A DNA stretch of 64,000 bases, from positions 38,465 to 102,464 of the forward strand of contig DAORAL010000005.1 in assembly GCA_035344155.1 (NCBI GenBank), in the 5' to 3' direction. Below are positions 55,436-64,000 of the stretch, in pieces. The DNA is from Phycisphaerae bacterium. GTDB lineage: Bacteria > Planctomycetota > Phycisphaerae > UBA1845. Under the pieces are notes generated by a model. That model made no database searches and had not been told where the DNA came from. It worked only from the letters and a program-made list of their open reading frames with translations. Numbering within the stretch: position 1 is the first letter of the stretch; every line of letters starts with the position of its first letter. Position numbers and translations under genes: made by a program.

Positions 55436-56397
55436 ATACCCAACCGACTGGCGGATGCATCTCCGATGTACCCGGTGTTCATATCGGTCATGCGCATAGC
55501 GAATCGGGGCATACCGGTGTCACCGTGCTCTTGTTTGAGTCGGGGGCCATCGCCGGAATCGACATCGGTGGTTCGGCACCGGCGACGCGCGAAACGGAGT
55601 TGCTGAATCCCACCAACATGATCATGCGGATTCACGCAATTCTGTTGACGGGCGGCAGCACATTCGGTCTCGGTGCAGCCGCCGGTGTACAGCGTTTCTT
55701 GCAGGAGAAGGATATCGGTTTTCGCGCATCGACCGGGGTGGTGGTTCCGATCGTTCCGACGGCTGCGATTTTCGATCTGGATGTTGGCAAGCCGCGGATC
55801 TATCCCGACGCGCAAATGGGCTACGACGCGTGCCGGAATGCAAAGGCGAAGCCAACGCGGCAGGGCAGTATCGGCGCAGGTTCAGGCGCGCTGTGCGGAA
55901 AGGTGCTTGGAACACCAACAGCAATGCGCGGTGGCGTTGGGACAGCCTCTATCGCGTTTCCCGATGGCCTGACGATCGGCGCGATCGCTGTGTGCAACGC
56001 GTGGGGCGATGTTCTCGATCCGGATACTGGCAGCATTGTCGCGGGGGCGCGCGACCCCGACGCACCGGAGCAATTTCTCAATACCGACGATTACCTCATC
56101 AAACGGCGCGAGATCGATCCGCGCTTCTTCGGAAGAGACACAACGCTTTGTGTCGTCGCCACCAACGCCAAATTTAGTCGCGAGCAAATCACAAAGTTGG
56201 CAATGATGGCTCAGGATGGGATAGCTCGTGCGGTTCGACCGTCGCACACAATGTTCGACGGCGACGTCGTTTTCGCCGTGTCGCTTGGTGACAAGGAAGT
56301 TGACGTTAATGTCGCGGGCAGCATTGCCGCACGAATGATTGTCGAGGCGATCAACCGCGGCGTGCGGGAAGCAAACAAAGTGGAACCCACCAAATGA
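55432..56397 (+). CDS. peptidase S58 (DmpA/BapA, P1-family aminopeptidase)
   Basis: VPGVHIGHA, AILLTGGSTFGL, and a self-processing-site-like GRDTTLCVVATNAKF. GTGA overlap with the upstream gene. Confidence 0.75.
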   Translation: MNTQPTGGCISDVPGVHIGHAHSESGHTGVTVLLFESGAIAGIDIGGSAPATRETELLNPTNMIMRIHAILLTGGSTFGLGAAAGVQRFLQEKDIGFRASTGVVVPIVPTAAIFDLDVGKPRIYPDAQMGYDACRNAKAKPTRQGSIGAGSGALCGKVLGTPTAMRGGVGTASIAFPDGLTIGAIAVCNAWGDVLDPDTGSIVAGARDPDAPEQFLNTDDYLIKRREIDPRFFGRDTTLCVVATNAKFSREQITKLAMMAQDGIARAVRPSHTMFDGDVVFAVSLGDKEVDVNVAGSIAARMIVEAINRGVREANKVEPTK

Positions 56398-57827
56398 ACA
56401 ATGCCGTGCTGACACCTTCGACGGGCTGGTTGTTGATGGCGCTCTTCAGCGTCGCATGGATTTTGCTTGGCTGGCGCTTGGGACGAAAAGCCAAAACGCT
56501 CGATGGTTACATGCTCGCCGGGCGCAACGTTGGCCTTGCACTCGGGACCGCCACCGCGATGGCCACCTGGGTCACCAGCAACACCACGATGGCCGCACCG
56601 CAACTCGCTTACCAAATGGGCATCTGGGGTATGGTTGGCTACTCGCTTGGCGCGATGGGTTTGATCTTCTTCGCGCCGATGGCCGAGCGGATTCGTGCGT
56701 TGATGCCCGAAGGCTACACCAGCGGCGACTTCGTCCGACTTCGCTACGGCAAGACCGCGTGGCGCGTGTTTCTGGGGATTTCGATTTTCTACGGCATCGG
56801 CTGGCTTATCAGCATGGGGATGGCCGGCGGGATTCTTCTGCACGCACTGACCGGCATCGAGTACAAGGTGGGCATGACGGTGATTTTGTTCGTCTGCATG
56901 TTGTACACGATGCTCGGCGGGTTATATGCCGTGATTGGAACCGATTATATCCAGAGCATTCTCATTCTGGTTGGCATCGTGGCGTTGGCGATCATCGCGT
57001 TTGCGCGCCACGGTTTTGAACCCGTCCACGCGACGTTGGCAGCCGAACGCCCGGCGCTCTTGAATCTGTTGATGCCTGCCGCACTGATGTTCTTATTCAA
57101 CAATTTGCTCTTTGGTCTCGGCGAAATCTTCCATAGCAACGTCTGGTGGTCGCGCGCGTTTGCGTTTCGCAAGGGCATCGGACTCAAGGCGTATTTGATC
57201 GCGGGTGTCTTCTGGCTGCCTGTTCCGATTACGGCCGGTGCACTGGCGCTACTTGCGCCGCACCTTGGAATGAACGTGCCAGCCGTCGATATGGTCGGTC
57301 CGATGGTGGCGGCGCGGCTGCTGGGGACCGGTGGGGCGATTGTCATTTTCATTGTTGTGTTTTCGTCGCTCGCCTCAAGTCTCGACTCGTTGCTGGCGGC
57401 TACGTCTGACTTGCTGGTCGAAGACATCTATCGCAAGCATTTCAATCCGGCAGCGAGTGAAGACAAGCTTCGCAGGGCGTCGGTATTCATCATAATTGGG
57501 TTGTCGTTGGCCGCATGGTTAATCTGTCTGCCGCGTTTGACGCACTTGGCTGGCATGATCGCATTCACCGGTGCATTCGTCGGCAGCACGATTTGGCCGA
57601 TCGCGGCAGGACTTTATTGGCGGCGAACGAATCCGATCGGTTCGACCCTGGGTATGGTGGCTGGGAGTGCGATCGGACTGACGGCTTACTACGTGGTCGG
57701 GTGGTATGTTGCTGCGCTCGTGGGCAGTGCAGTCTCGATGCTTGTGGTGCTGACAACCACGCTGCTCGCCCCACGCGACTTTGATTGGTCGGATCTGCAA
57801 GAGTCGCCTCAGGAGGCCGCACTATGA
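56394..57827 (+). CDS. sodium:solute symporter (SSF) family transporter
   Basis: About 13 predicted TM helices. Motifs LAGRNVGLALGTATAMATWVTSNT and GGLYAVIGTDYIQ. ATGA overlap with the upstream gene. Confidence 0.8.
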   Translation: MNNAVLTPSTGWLLMALFSVAWILLGWRLGRKAKTLDGYMLAGRNVGLALGTATAMATWVTSNTTMAAPQLAYQMGIWGMVGYSLGAMGLIFFAPMAERIRALMPEGYTSGDFVRLRYGKTAWRVFLGISIFYGIGWLISMGMAGGILLHALTGIEYKVGMTVILFVCMLYTMLGGLYAVIGTDYIQSILILVGIVALAIIAFARHGFEPVHATLAAERPALLNLLMPAALMFLFNNLLFGLGEIFHSNVWWSRAFAFRKGIGLKAYLIAGVFWLPVPITAGALALLAPHLGMNVPAVDMVGPMVAARLLGTGGAIVIFIVVFSSLASSLDSLLAATSDLLVEDIYRKHFNPAASEDKLRRASVFIIIGLSLAAWLICLPRLTHLAGMIAFTGAFVGSTIWPIAAGLYWRRTNPIGSTLGMVAGSAIGLTAYYVVGWYVAALVGSAVSMLVVLTTTLLAPRDFDWSDLQESPQEAAL

Positions 57828-57952
57828 CCGCGAGCGCATCCCCAACTCTTTTCAGTGTGCTGATCATTGCGGCCATCATCGGCGCTGCGATCGCCGCCCT
57901 CGTGCTGATCGGATTGATCATCAGCGATTGGCGTGGCCAGCGCCTGTGGTAA
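57824..57952 (+). CDS. 42-aa single-pass membrane peptide translationally coupled to the symporter (below the ORF-track cutoff)
   Basis: ATG 57824 overlaps the symporter TGA (ATGA). My translation: MTASASPTLFSVLIIAAIIGAAIAALVLIGLIISDWRGQRLW*. Confidence 0.45.
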   Translation: MTASASPTLFSVLIIAAIIGAAIAALVLIGLIISDWRGQRLW

Positions 57953-58149
57953 TTGAGCGAACCGCGATTTCTTCAATTATAGACCTTGTCACGTCTCATT
58001 TTGGCGTCGGTGACGTTGGCGGACCGCCAATCGGGCTTTGGTACTGGCGTGAGCCACGAAGTTTGACAATTGTAACGTTTCAGAAGTGGGCGCGGGCGTT
58101 CTCGATTTGCTAGAATGTTGCCCTGACCATTTTGCACGGAGGGCAAAAC

Positions 58150-60486
58150 ATGCCTGGACGGTTTTTTTCCGCACCGACGACTTTGATTGTCGCGACTTTG
58201 GTTATCGGCGTATTCGTTACACCCGGTTTGGCCCAGGTTGTTACCGTTGACAACGTTGACTCGGGGTTTTCTGTTCTTGCGGGCACATGGGAAACCGGCA
58301 CGTTTCCGACGCCGCATGGTTCCAACTATCGATGGGCGCTGACGGTGGATGAGCCGTTTGCCGAAGTCGAATGGCGCCCCAATCTTCCGACATCCGGTTT
58401 ATATCAAATCGAAGTCTGGTACGTGCAGGGAACGAACCGCGCATCCGATGCGGTCTACAATGTGCACCATGCCGGCGGTTCGACGCCCGTCTCCGTCAAC
58501 CAGCAGGCCAACGGCAGCCAATGGAATATCATCGGCACGTTCAGCTTCAACGCGGGCAGTGGCGGCTACATCACGATGAACAACGACGCGAATCCGTTGG
58601 TCGTCATTGCCGACGCGGTGCGGTTCACGTCGCTTTCCGGTGCGACAGCCGACCTGACACTTGCGGTGTCGCCTCCTGGCTCGGGCACAACGACACCGAC
58701 AGCTGGAATTGTGAATTCGTATTTCGTCGGAGAGACGGTCAGCATCTCAGCCGCACCAACAAGTGGAAACGTGTTCGACCATTGGGAGACGTCGGCAGGT
58801 TCGCTTCCGGCATCGCCGACCTCTGCATCAACGACAGTGACAGTTGACCAAAACAAGACAGTGACAGCCGTCTTCGTGCCGGGCGACACGACGCCTTCGT
58901 TTCGCGGATTCTGGATTGATGCATTCGGGTTCGGCTTCAAGAATGCGGCGCAGATCGATGAGATGGTGGCGATGGCCGTTGCCGGTGGATACAACGCAAT
59001 CGTCCCCGAGGTGCTCGCATATCAAGACAACATCGGCAGCGGACACGGCGCGTATTGGAACTCGACGATCATTCCCAAAGCCACCGACATCAGCAGTTCG
59101 TTCGATCCGCTGGCCTACATGGTCGACCGGGCCCAGGCGAACGGACTCGAAGTCCACTGTTGGCTGGTGTCATTTCGCGTGAGCGAATCCTGGCCACCCA
59201 GCGGCAACAGCATCATGTCCGCCCATCCCGAATGGTTGATGGTTCCGCAGGCGGGCATCGACGGCGGGCCTGCAACGGTGGACGGCAAATTCACGCTCGA
59301 TCCGGGGTCAGCCGGTGCGCAGGAATACCTGATGAGCATCGTTCGCGAACTGGTTACCAACTACGACATCGACGGGATTCACTGGGACTACATTCGCTAC
59401 ACGACCACGAACGCAGGCTATCCGGCTGACATGAACTACGACAAGTCGACCCTCGCCCGCTTCCACGATATCACCGGTCGCAGCGATATTCCGTCGACAG
59501 GCGACAGTCAATGGAATGAATTCCGCCGACGCACGATCACCGAGTTTGCCCGTCGCGCGATGACCGAAGTGGCGACGTTGGACAATCCCAATCAGCCGCT
59601 GCGTCACACGGCTGCTCTGATCACGTGGGGTGACGCACCCGCAAATTTCTCGTCGAGCAGCGCATACGGCATTTTTCAGAATTGGCGTCACTGGATGGAG
59701 ATGGGCTACCTCGATGCGGGTATTCCAATGACGTATTACAGCGAGTCGGCACACGCCTCGTGGTATCGAAACTGGGTCGATGCGTCGGTCGGATGGCGCT
59801 ACGATCGCCACATTTACACGGGACCGGCCGTCTATCTCAATTCATTCGCCGAGAGCATTGCGCAGATGCAGTACGCCCAGAATGCAGGCGCCAACGGATT
59901 GAACACGTATTCGTACCGCAGCACCAATGACACGGGCGCGAACTGGTACGACTGGTATCCGTACGTGAAAGCCAACCTGTTTGCGGGAGCGGTTGACGTT
60001 CCGTCGATGCCGTGGCGCGATCCTGATTCCTCGACCGAGGGCAACGTGTGGGGAAGAGTGACAGATGGTGGCACTGGTGAGCCGATCGATGACGCGACCA
60101 TCCTGCTCGATGGATTTGACACCGGCATCCGTACCGACGGAAACGGTTACTATTTGCTGACGCATGTAGCAGCCGGGGTGGGTGGTTCGCCGAAGGACGT
60201 TACCGCAAGATTCACCGGTTATTCGGATGTGTCGCGGCCGGCGGTTCTGGTTGAACGCGCGGGTTACACCGAGGCCAACTTCGGCATGGGTTCGTGGTTG
60301 CCCGGCGACTACGACGCGGATGGTGACGTAGATGCGGATGACTACGCGGAGTTGAACGGGTGCCTGACCGGACCGATCCCGGGTCAAATGATCGCCGGGT
60401 GCGACGTCATGGACCTTGACCTTGACGACGACGTGGACCTCGAAGACTTCGCCGAATTCGAAGCCGCGTTCACCACAGGTTCCTGA
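58150..60486 (+). CDS. secreted GHL10 (YngK/DUF187-type glycoside-hydrolase-like) protein with N-terminal golvesin-C-like domain, carboxypeptidase-regulatory-like domain and dockerin-like tail (~778 aa)
   Basis: GGAGG lies 7 nt before ATG 58150; signal peptide PTTLIVATLVIGVFVTPGLAQ. N-domain VDNVDSGFSVLAGTWETG...YQIEVWYVQGTNRASDAVYNVHHAGG...ADAVRF. GHL10 core FRGFWIDAFGFGF...YNAIVPEV...DGIHWDYIRY. CarbopepD-like VWGRVTDGGTGEPIDDATILLDG. Tail GDYDADGDVDADDYAELNGCLTGP...CDVMDLDLDDDVDLEDFAEFEAAF. Confidence 0.75.
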   Translation: MPGRFFSAPTTLIVATLVIGVFVTPGLAQVVTVDNVDSGFSVLAGTWETGTFPTPHGSNYRWALTVDEPFAEVEWRPNLPTSGLYQIEVWYVQGTNRASDAVYNVHHAGGSTPVSVNQQANGSQWNIIGTFSFNAGSGGYITMNNDANPLVVIADAVRFTSLSGATADLTLAVSPPGSGTTTPTAGIVNSYFVGETVSISAAPTSGNVFDHWETSAGSLPASPTSASTTVTVDQNKTVTAVFVPGDTTPSFRGFWIDAFGFGFKNAAQIDEMVAMAVAGGYNAIVPEVLAYQDNIGSGHGAYWNSTIIPKATDISSSFDPLAYMVDRAQANGLEVHCWLVSFRVSESWPPSGNSIMSAHPEWLMVPQAGIDGGPATVDGKFTLDPGSAGAQEYLMSIVRELVTNYDIDGIHWDYIRYTTTNAGYPADMNYDKSTLARFHDITGRSDIPSTGDSQWNEFRRRTITEFARRAMTEVATLDNPNQPLRHTAALITWGDAPANFSSSSAYGIFQNWRHWMEMGYLDAGIPMTYYSESAHASWYRNWVDASVGWRYDRHIYTGPAVYLNSFAESIAQMQYAQNAGANGLNTYSYRSTNDTGANWYDWYPYVKANLFAGAVDVPSMPWRDPDSSTEGNVWGRVTDGGTGEPIDDATILLDGFDTGIRTDGNGYYLLTHVAAGVGGSPKDVTARFTGYSDVSRPAVLVERAGYTEANFGMGSWLPGDYDADGDVDADDYAELNGCLTGPIPGQMIAGCDVMDLDLDDDVDLEDFAEFEAAFTTGS

Positions 60487-60515
60487 CAAAATTGAAAATG
60501 GCCTGAGAGAAAATA

Positions 60516-60544
60516 GAGCGTGCGCTTCGATCAAGCGCACGCTC
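60516..60544 (+). terminator. perfect 12-bp stem / 5-nt loop hairpin 30 nt after the GHL10 stop (no U-tract)
   Basis: GAGCGTGCGCTT-cgatc-AAGCGCACGCTC. Confidence 0.4.
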
Positions 60545-61089
60545 CTGACTGGCCTGCATCTGCAGCGCCTTGGCTTCAACTCGATGTTCGCGGAATCCAC
60601 CGGTCGATTTTGTTGAGACAAGCCCGAGCCGCCGTCTACTGAGTCTGGTGGGCTGGAGTTTGCATATGCGGGCGATATGTTGCCCGGTCAATTCAGACTT
60701 CCCAGTTTGACGAGATTTTGATGCTTTTGATTTCAATGTTGGCGATTAAACACTGATATTGCGGATGGCGGGCCCGGTTGCTTCGTGAAACTCACACCAA
60801 CGAATCTGGCAAAGTTGAAGCAGAGATTCAACCCTTTGCCCAAAACGTCAGAACCGCTTATGTTTATGACGGGTGGCGACCCACAACGGTGAAAGTCCGC
60901 CGGGTCCCTTGAGCATGCACCATTTTCAGATTCGTGTTGGCATCGCCTTGCGCAAGTCGGGGCGGCTGCGAGCAGGGCTGCGAATTTCGATTGGTTCACT
61001 GGCTTTACCCCTTGGTCGATTTTGCAGCATGTGTTTCTGAAATGTGACGTTTCTAACTGAGTATTCTGAGTTTTTATGGAGAAAGATTC

Positions 61090-61611
61090 ATGAAGCAACG
61101 ATTTGCCCTGGCTTTGATTGCGCTCTTCACGATCGGTTTTGTCGGCTGCGTCGACTTGACCGGAGGCAACGGTAACGACAACGGTAACGGTAACGACAAC
61201 GGCAATGACAACGGCGGCGACGTCAACACCAACGGCATGGACAACGGTAATGACAACGGCGACGACGTCGATACCAACGGCATGGACAACGGGAATGACA
61301 ACGGCGGTGACGACAACGGGAACGACAACGGCGACGACAACGGTAATGATAACGGCGACGACAACAGCAATGACAACGGCGGCGACGATGGCATGACCGG
61401 TGGTGATGCCACGGCTGGCGAAGCCAAGTTCGCGGCCAACTGCTCAGTGTGCCACGGTGCCGATGGTTCCGGTGGTGCGGTCGTGGCTGGCTCGATCCGC
61501 GGTTCGGATACCGACACGGTCAACGGCGCCCTCATGTTGGATGGCCACCCCTCGCCCGATTTGAGCGACGAAGACATCGCCGACATCGTGGCATTCCTGG
61601 CCGACGCATAA
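61090..61611 (+). CDS. lipoprotein mono-haem c-type cytochrome with an ~80-aa Asp/Asn/Gly repeat linker
   Basis: Lipobox LFTIGFVGC, haem motif CSVCH. Linker: GNGNDNGNGNDNGNDNGGDVNTNGMDNGNDNGDDVDTNGMDNGNDNGGDDNGNDNGDDNGNDNGDDNSNDNGGDDG. Confidence 0.8.
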   Translation: MKQRFALALIALFTIGFVGCVDLTGGNGNDNGNGNDNGNDNGGDVNTNGMDNGNDNGDDVDTNGMDNGNDNGGDDNGNDNGDDNGNDNGDDNSNDNGGDDGMTGGDATAGEAKFAANCSVCHGADGSGGAVVAGSIRGSDTDTVNGALMLDGHPSPDLSDEDIADIVAFLADA

Positions 61612-61683
61612 GCCAAAGCTTTGCGCATGCGTGCGACGGTTGTCGCGCGGTGCGTCGACAGATGTACCAAAACGGTTGAATAC

Positions 61684-61721
61684 GGGCGGTGACCTGATGA
61701 GGTCACCGCCCGTTTTTTTTT
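61684..61721 (+). terminator. Rho-independent terminator of the cytochrome c gene
   Basis: GGGCGGTGACC-tgatga-GGTCACCGCCC, followed by G and a T9 run. Confidence 0.9.
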
Positions 61722-61765
61722 ACGGATTGTTTGGGGACGCCAGGTGGTCGTCGCAGTCTTCGTTG

Positions 61766-64000
61766 TTATTGATCAACATCCTCAGTCGTGTCGATCGGCT
61801 GCATCAAATTGCGGGCTTTCTCAACGAGTTCGATGAATCCTTCACGGTCGGTGGATCGATCGGTTCCGGTTGCGTTTTCCGCCAACTCCAGGATCTGATC
61901 GAACGCGACATCGCCGCGATGGTTTGAGTTTCGCAGGATCATGCCGAACGATGCGACGGCGGCTGCGAAGCGGAAATCGTCCGACGCCTCATCAATCGAT
62001 CGCCCCTCGTCCAGCACCGGGTGTTCGAGCTTGGTGCTCGTGTCTTCGTCTGGCAACTTGTAGCGGACCTTCACCGTCATCAACTCGTCGTTGTCGATCA
62101 ACTCAGGTGATGGGTTGGCGAGTTGGTACTTCAGCGGATCGACATCGGGAAGTTCCGACTGCTCACCAGCCGGGACGATTTCGTACAACGCGGTGACGGT
62201 GTGGCCCGCACCGATTTCGCCCGCGTCCTTGGTGTCGTCGTTGAAATCTTCCTTTGCCAGCATTCGATTCTCATAACCAATCAATCGATACGCTGCCGCG
62301 ATCGCCGGGTTGAACTCGACTTGAATCTTCACGTCTTTGGCGATGGTTACGAGCGTTCCGCCCATCTGTTCGACGAGGACTTTCTCGGCTTCGCGAAGCG
62401 TGTCGATGTACGCGTAGTTGCCGTTGCCCTTGTCGGCCAGCAGTTCGAGCGTGGCGTCCTGATAGTTGCCGCCGCCAAACCCGAGCACGCTCAGGAACAC
62501 GCCGGTCTTGGCTTTCTCTTCGATGAGGCGGTGGAGGTCATCTTCGCTGGTGACGCCAACGTTAAAGTCGCCGTCCGTCGCGAGGATCACGCGGTTGGTT
62601 CCGTCTTTGATGAAGTTGTCAGCCGCAATTTGGTACGCCAGTTCGATGCCAGCCGCTCCGTTGGTTCCGCCACCCGGTTGCAGGTTGTCAATCGCGTCGA
62701 GGATGGTGCCACGGTTGTCGCAGGTGATCGAATCGAGGACCAGACCCGACGCACCGGCATAGACGACGATGGCGACGCGGTCGTATTCATCGAGTTGATC
62801 GACCAGCATGGTCATGCTCTGCTTGAGCAGCGGCAGTTTGTTGGGTTGGTCCATCGAACCGGAGACGTCGATCAAGAACACCAGGTTGCTTTCGGGCCGC
62901 TCGTCGTTGGGGATTTCGTAACCCTGCAAACCGATGCGGGCGAGGCGGTGATTTCGATTCCACGGGCAGTCGGCCACATCGACATTGATCGAAAACGGTT
63001 CGTCGATGCTCGGCTGGGGATAGTCGTAGGCGAAGTAGTTGATGAATTCTTCAATGCGAACAGCATAGCGCGGTGGAAGCTGACCCGAATTGAGGAATCG
63101 CCGGGCGTTGGCATAGGAGGCCGTGTCGACGTCGATGGAGAAAGTGGACAAAGGTTCCCGCGCGACGGCTTTGAACGGATTCTCGCGGATGGGTGCATAG
63201 TGCTCGGTCGAGGATTCCCGAGGATAAACCGCATCAGGATTTCCGTCGCCGTCAGCGTCAACAAAATGCCACCAGCCGGATTGAATCGGATTGCCAATTT
63301 GTCCTGAAGGATCGAATCTTAGAAAGAATGCAGCTTGCGGTTCGATCGTATTCGTCAAGCTAATGTTCCCCACAGGGCTTTTGTGAAAACTCGCGTACCC
63401 GTCGCCGAAGAGTACGTTGACTCCGTTTGCTGACGTAGCGTCCCTGTTCGTAGAGGCAACGAGTGCAACACCGCCAGGATTCTTGCCGTCCATGTTGTCA
63501 AAGTAGAGGGCATCAAATGCCACCTCAGAATCGACAGTGAAGTCATCGCTTCCGTCACCTTTGATGACGTGCAGGTCCACAAGGTTCGGGAACTCATTGA
63601 GCGCAAGATCGTCATCAACGTTGTTGTAAGGGATGTCCGTCACGCCTTTGTAGTCAGCAGCGTTGAAGTTATTGCTGTCATCCAACGCACGCACCCAAAG
63701 TCCCCTGACTTTGTTCATGTTGATCGTCGGAGCTCTGTTGTCGGTTACGATGAAGCTGGAAGCATCGAGATCAACTTTCGCCCAATCTGCGCCGACAACC
63801 CCCGTCCCGCCTGAAACGTCGGCGTCTTGCGATGCTTTCCAACCCTGTTGTCCATCAATGAGGCCGTTTGTGATCACAGAATCATCCGCGTCACCATCAC
63901 CCTCTCGACGATCACCCTGCCCTGAGTAGCCGAGAGCAGCCAGCCTGCGTCGCGATTCCTCTTGAGCCGCGGCCACAGCGATGTCTCGTGAATCGTGGAT
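61766..64000 (-). CDS. von Willebrand factor A domain protein (YfbK-like vWA with N-terminal extension); 5' end probably beyond the window
   Basis: PLSTFSIDVDTASYANARRFL, MIDAS motif VFLIDVSGSMDQPNKLPLLK, and ILATDGDFNVG. The reading frame stays open to position 64000. Confidence 0.8.
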   Translation of the reverse strand: MHDSRDIAVAAAQEESRRRLAALGYSGQGDRREGDGDADDSVITNGLIDGQQGWKASQDADVSGGTGVVGADWAKVDLDASSFIVTDNRAPTINMNKVRGLWVRALDDSNNFNAADYKGVTDIPYNNVDDDLALNEFPNLVDLHVIKGDGSDDFTVDSEVAFDALYFDNMDGKNPGGVALVASTNRDATSANGVNVLFGDGYASFHKSPVGNISLTNTIEPQAAFFLRFDPSGQIGNPIQSGWWHFVDADGDGNPDAVYPRESSTEHYAPIRENPFKAVAREPLSTFSIDVDTASYANARRFLNSGQLPPRYAVRIEEFINYFAYDYPQPSIDEPFSINVDVADCPWNRNHRLARIGLQGYEIPNDERPESNLVFLIDVSGSMDQPNKLPLLKQSMTMLVDQLDEYDRVAIVVYAGASGLVLDSITCDNRGTILDAIDNLQPGGGTNGAAGIELAYQIAADNFIKDGTNRVILATDGDFNVGVTSEDDLHRLIEEKAKTGVFLSVLGFGGGNYQDATLELLADKGNGNYAYIDTLREAEKVLVEQMGGTLVTIAKDVKIQVEFNPAIAAAYRLIGYENRMLAKEDFNDDTKDAGEIGAGHTVTALYEIVPAGEQSELPDVDPLKYQLANPSPELIDNDELMTVKVRYKLPDEDTSTKLEHPVLDEGRSIDEASDDFRFAAAVASFGMILRNSNHRGDVAFDQILELAENATGTDRSTDREGFIELVEKARNLMQPIDTTEDVDQ

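Noticed and set aside
60861-60910. Segment GGTGGCGACCCACAACGGTGAAAGTCCGCCGGG upstream of the cytochrome c gene, reminiscent of the GGTGAAA.TCC core of cobalamin riboswitches.
   Set aside because: I could not identify a B12-box (GCCACTG-type) or the surrounding conserved helices, and the downstream gene has no B12 link. Would need a covariance-model scan.
61163-61392. Short-period DNA repeats considered as a CRISPR or non-coding VNTR array.
   Set aside because: The repeats are in frame inside a gene with lipobox and haem motif, have no spacers of unique sequence, and translate to a D/N/G low-complexity linker.
1-64000. Search for mobile elements, prophage blocks, tRNA/rRNA genes and CRISPR arrays.
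   Set aside because: No transposase, integrase, recombinase or capsid motifs, no cloverleaf-like tRNA candidates and no repeat-spacer arrays were recognised by eye. The only phage-like trace is the S74-type remnant at 19836-20257.

Overview
GC-rich bacterial chromosomal segment. I recognised no rRNA, tRNA, CRISPR array, transposase or integrase. The protein styles (giant secreted proteins with dockerin-like Ca-loop tails, LTD/CHRD/FG-GAP/HYR-like modules, PEP-CTERM) suggest a Planctomycetota-like organism; this is inference only. Left third: a tetrahaem cytochrome c / 4Fe-4S / NrfD membrane redox module, an alginate-export-type porin broken by one in-frame TGA, and qNOR with a divergent Rrf2 regulator. 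Next comes a sigma-54 two-component system, then an rnk-like gene, glutamate dehydrogenase and two paralogous PEP/pyruvate-binding (PPDK_N-type ATP-grasp) proteins. One of these paralogs carries the same N-terminal sensor domain as the histidine kinase plus a C-terminal nucleotidyltransferase. Middle: a three-gene operon (DEDDh exonuclease-WYL, zinc-ribbon membrane protein, ADP-ribosylglycohydrolase) divergent from an HTH-WYL-WCX regulator. It is followed by FixL/FixJ-type signalling genes, a ~2.1 kb non-coding gap with a 16-nt tandem repeat, and a ~19 kb same-strand island of six secreted proteins. The island proteins are built from cohesin-like and dockerin-like modules, with one PEP-CTERM-anchored member and one 1960-aa protein containing four 7-bladed propellers. 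Right: a transglutaminase/beta-lactamase fusion, a translationally coupled asnB / FN3-like / DmpA-peptidase / Na-solute symporter / 42-aa membrane peptide operon, a GHL10 hydrolase with the same dockerin-like tail, a lipoprotein cytochrome c with a D/N/G repeat linker, and a partial vWA protein. The strongest candidates for undescribed biology are (1) the cohesin/dockerin-like surface island, (2) the WYL-associated exonuclease/ARH operon and (3) the shared-sensor kinase/PPDK_N-NTase cluster. All functional calls come from motif recognition by eye; no database search was run.
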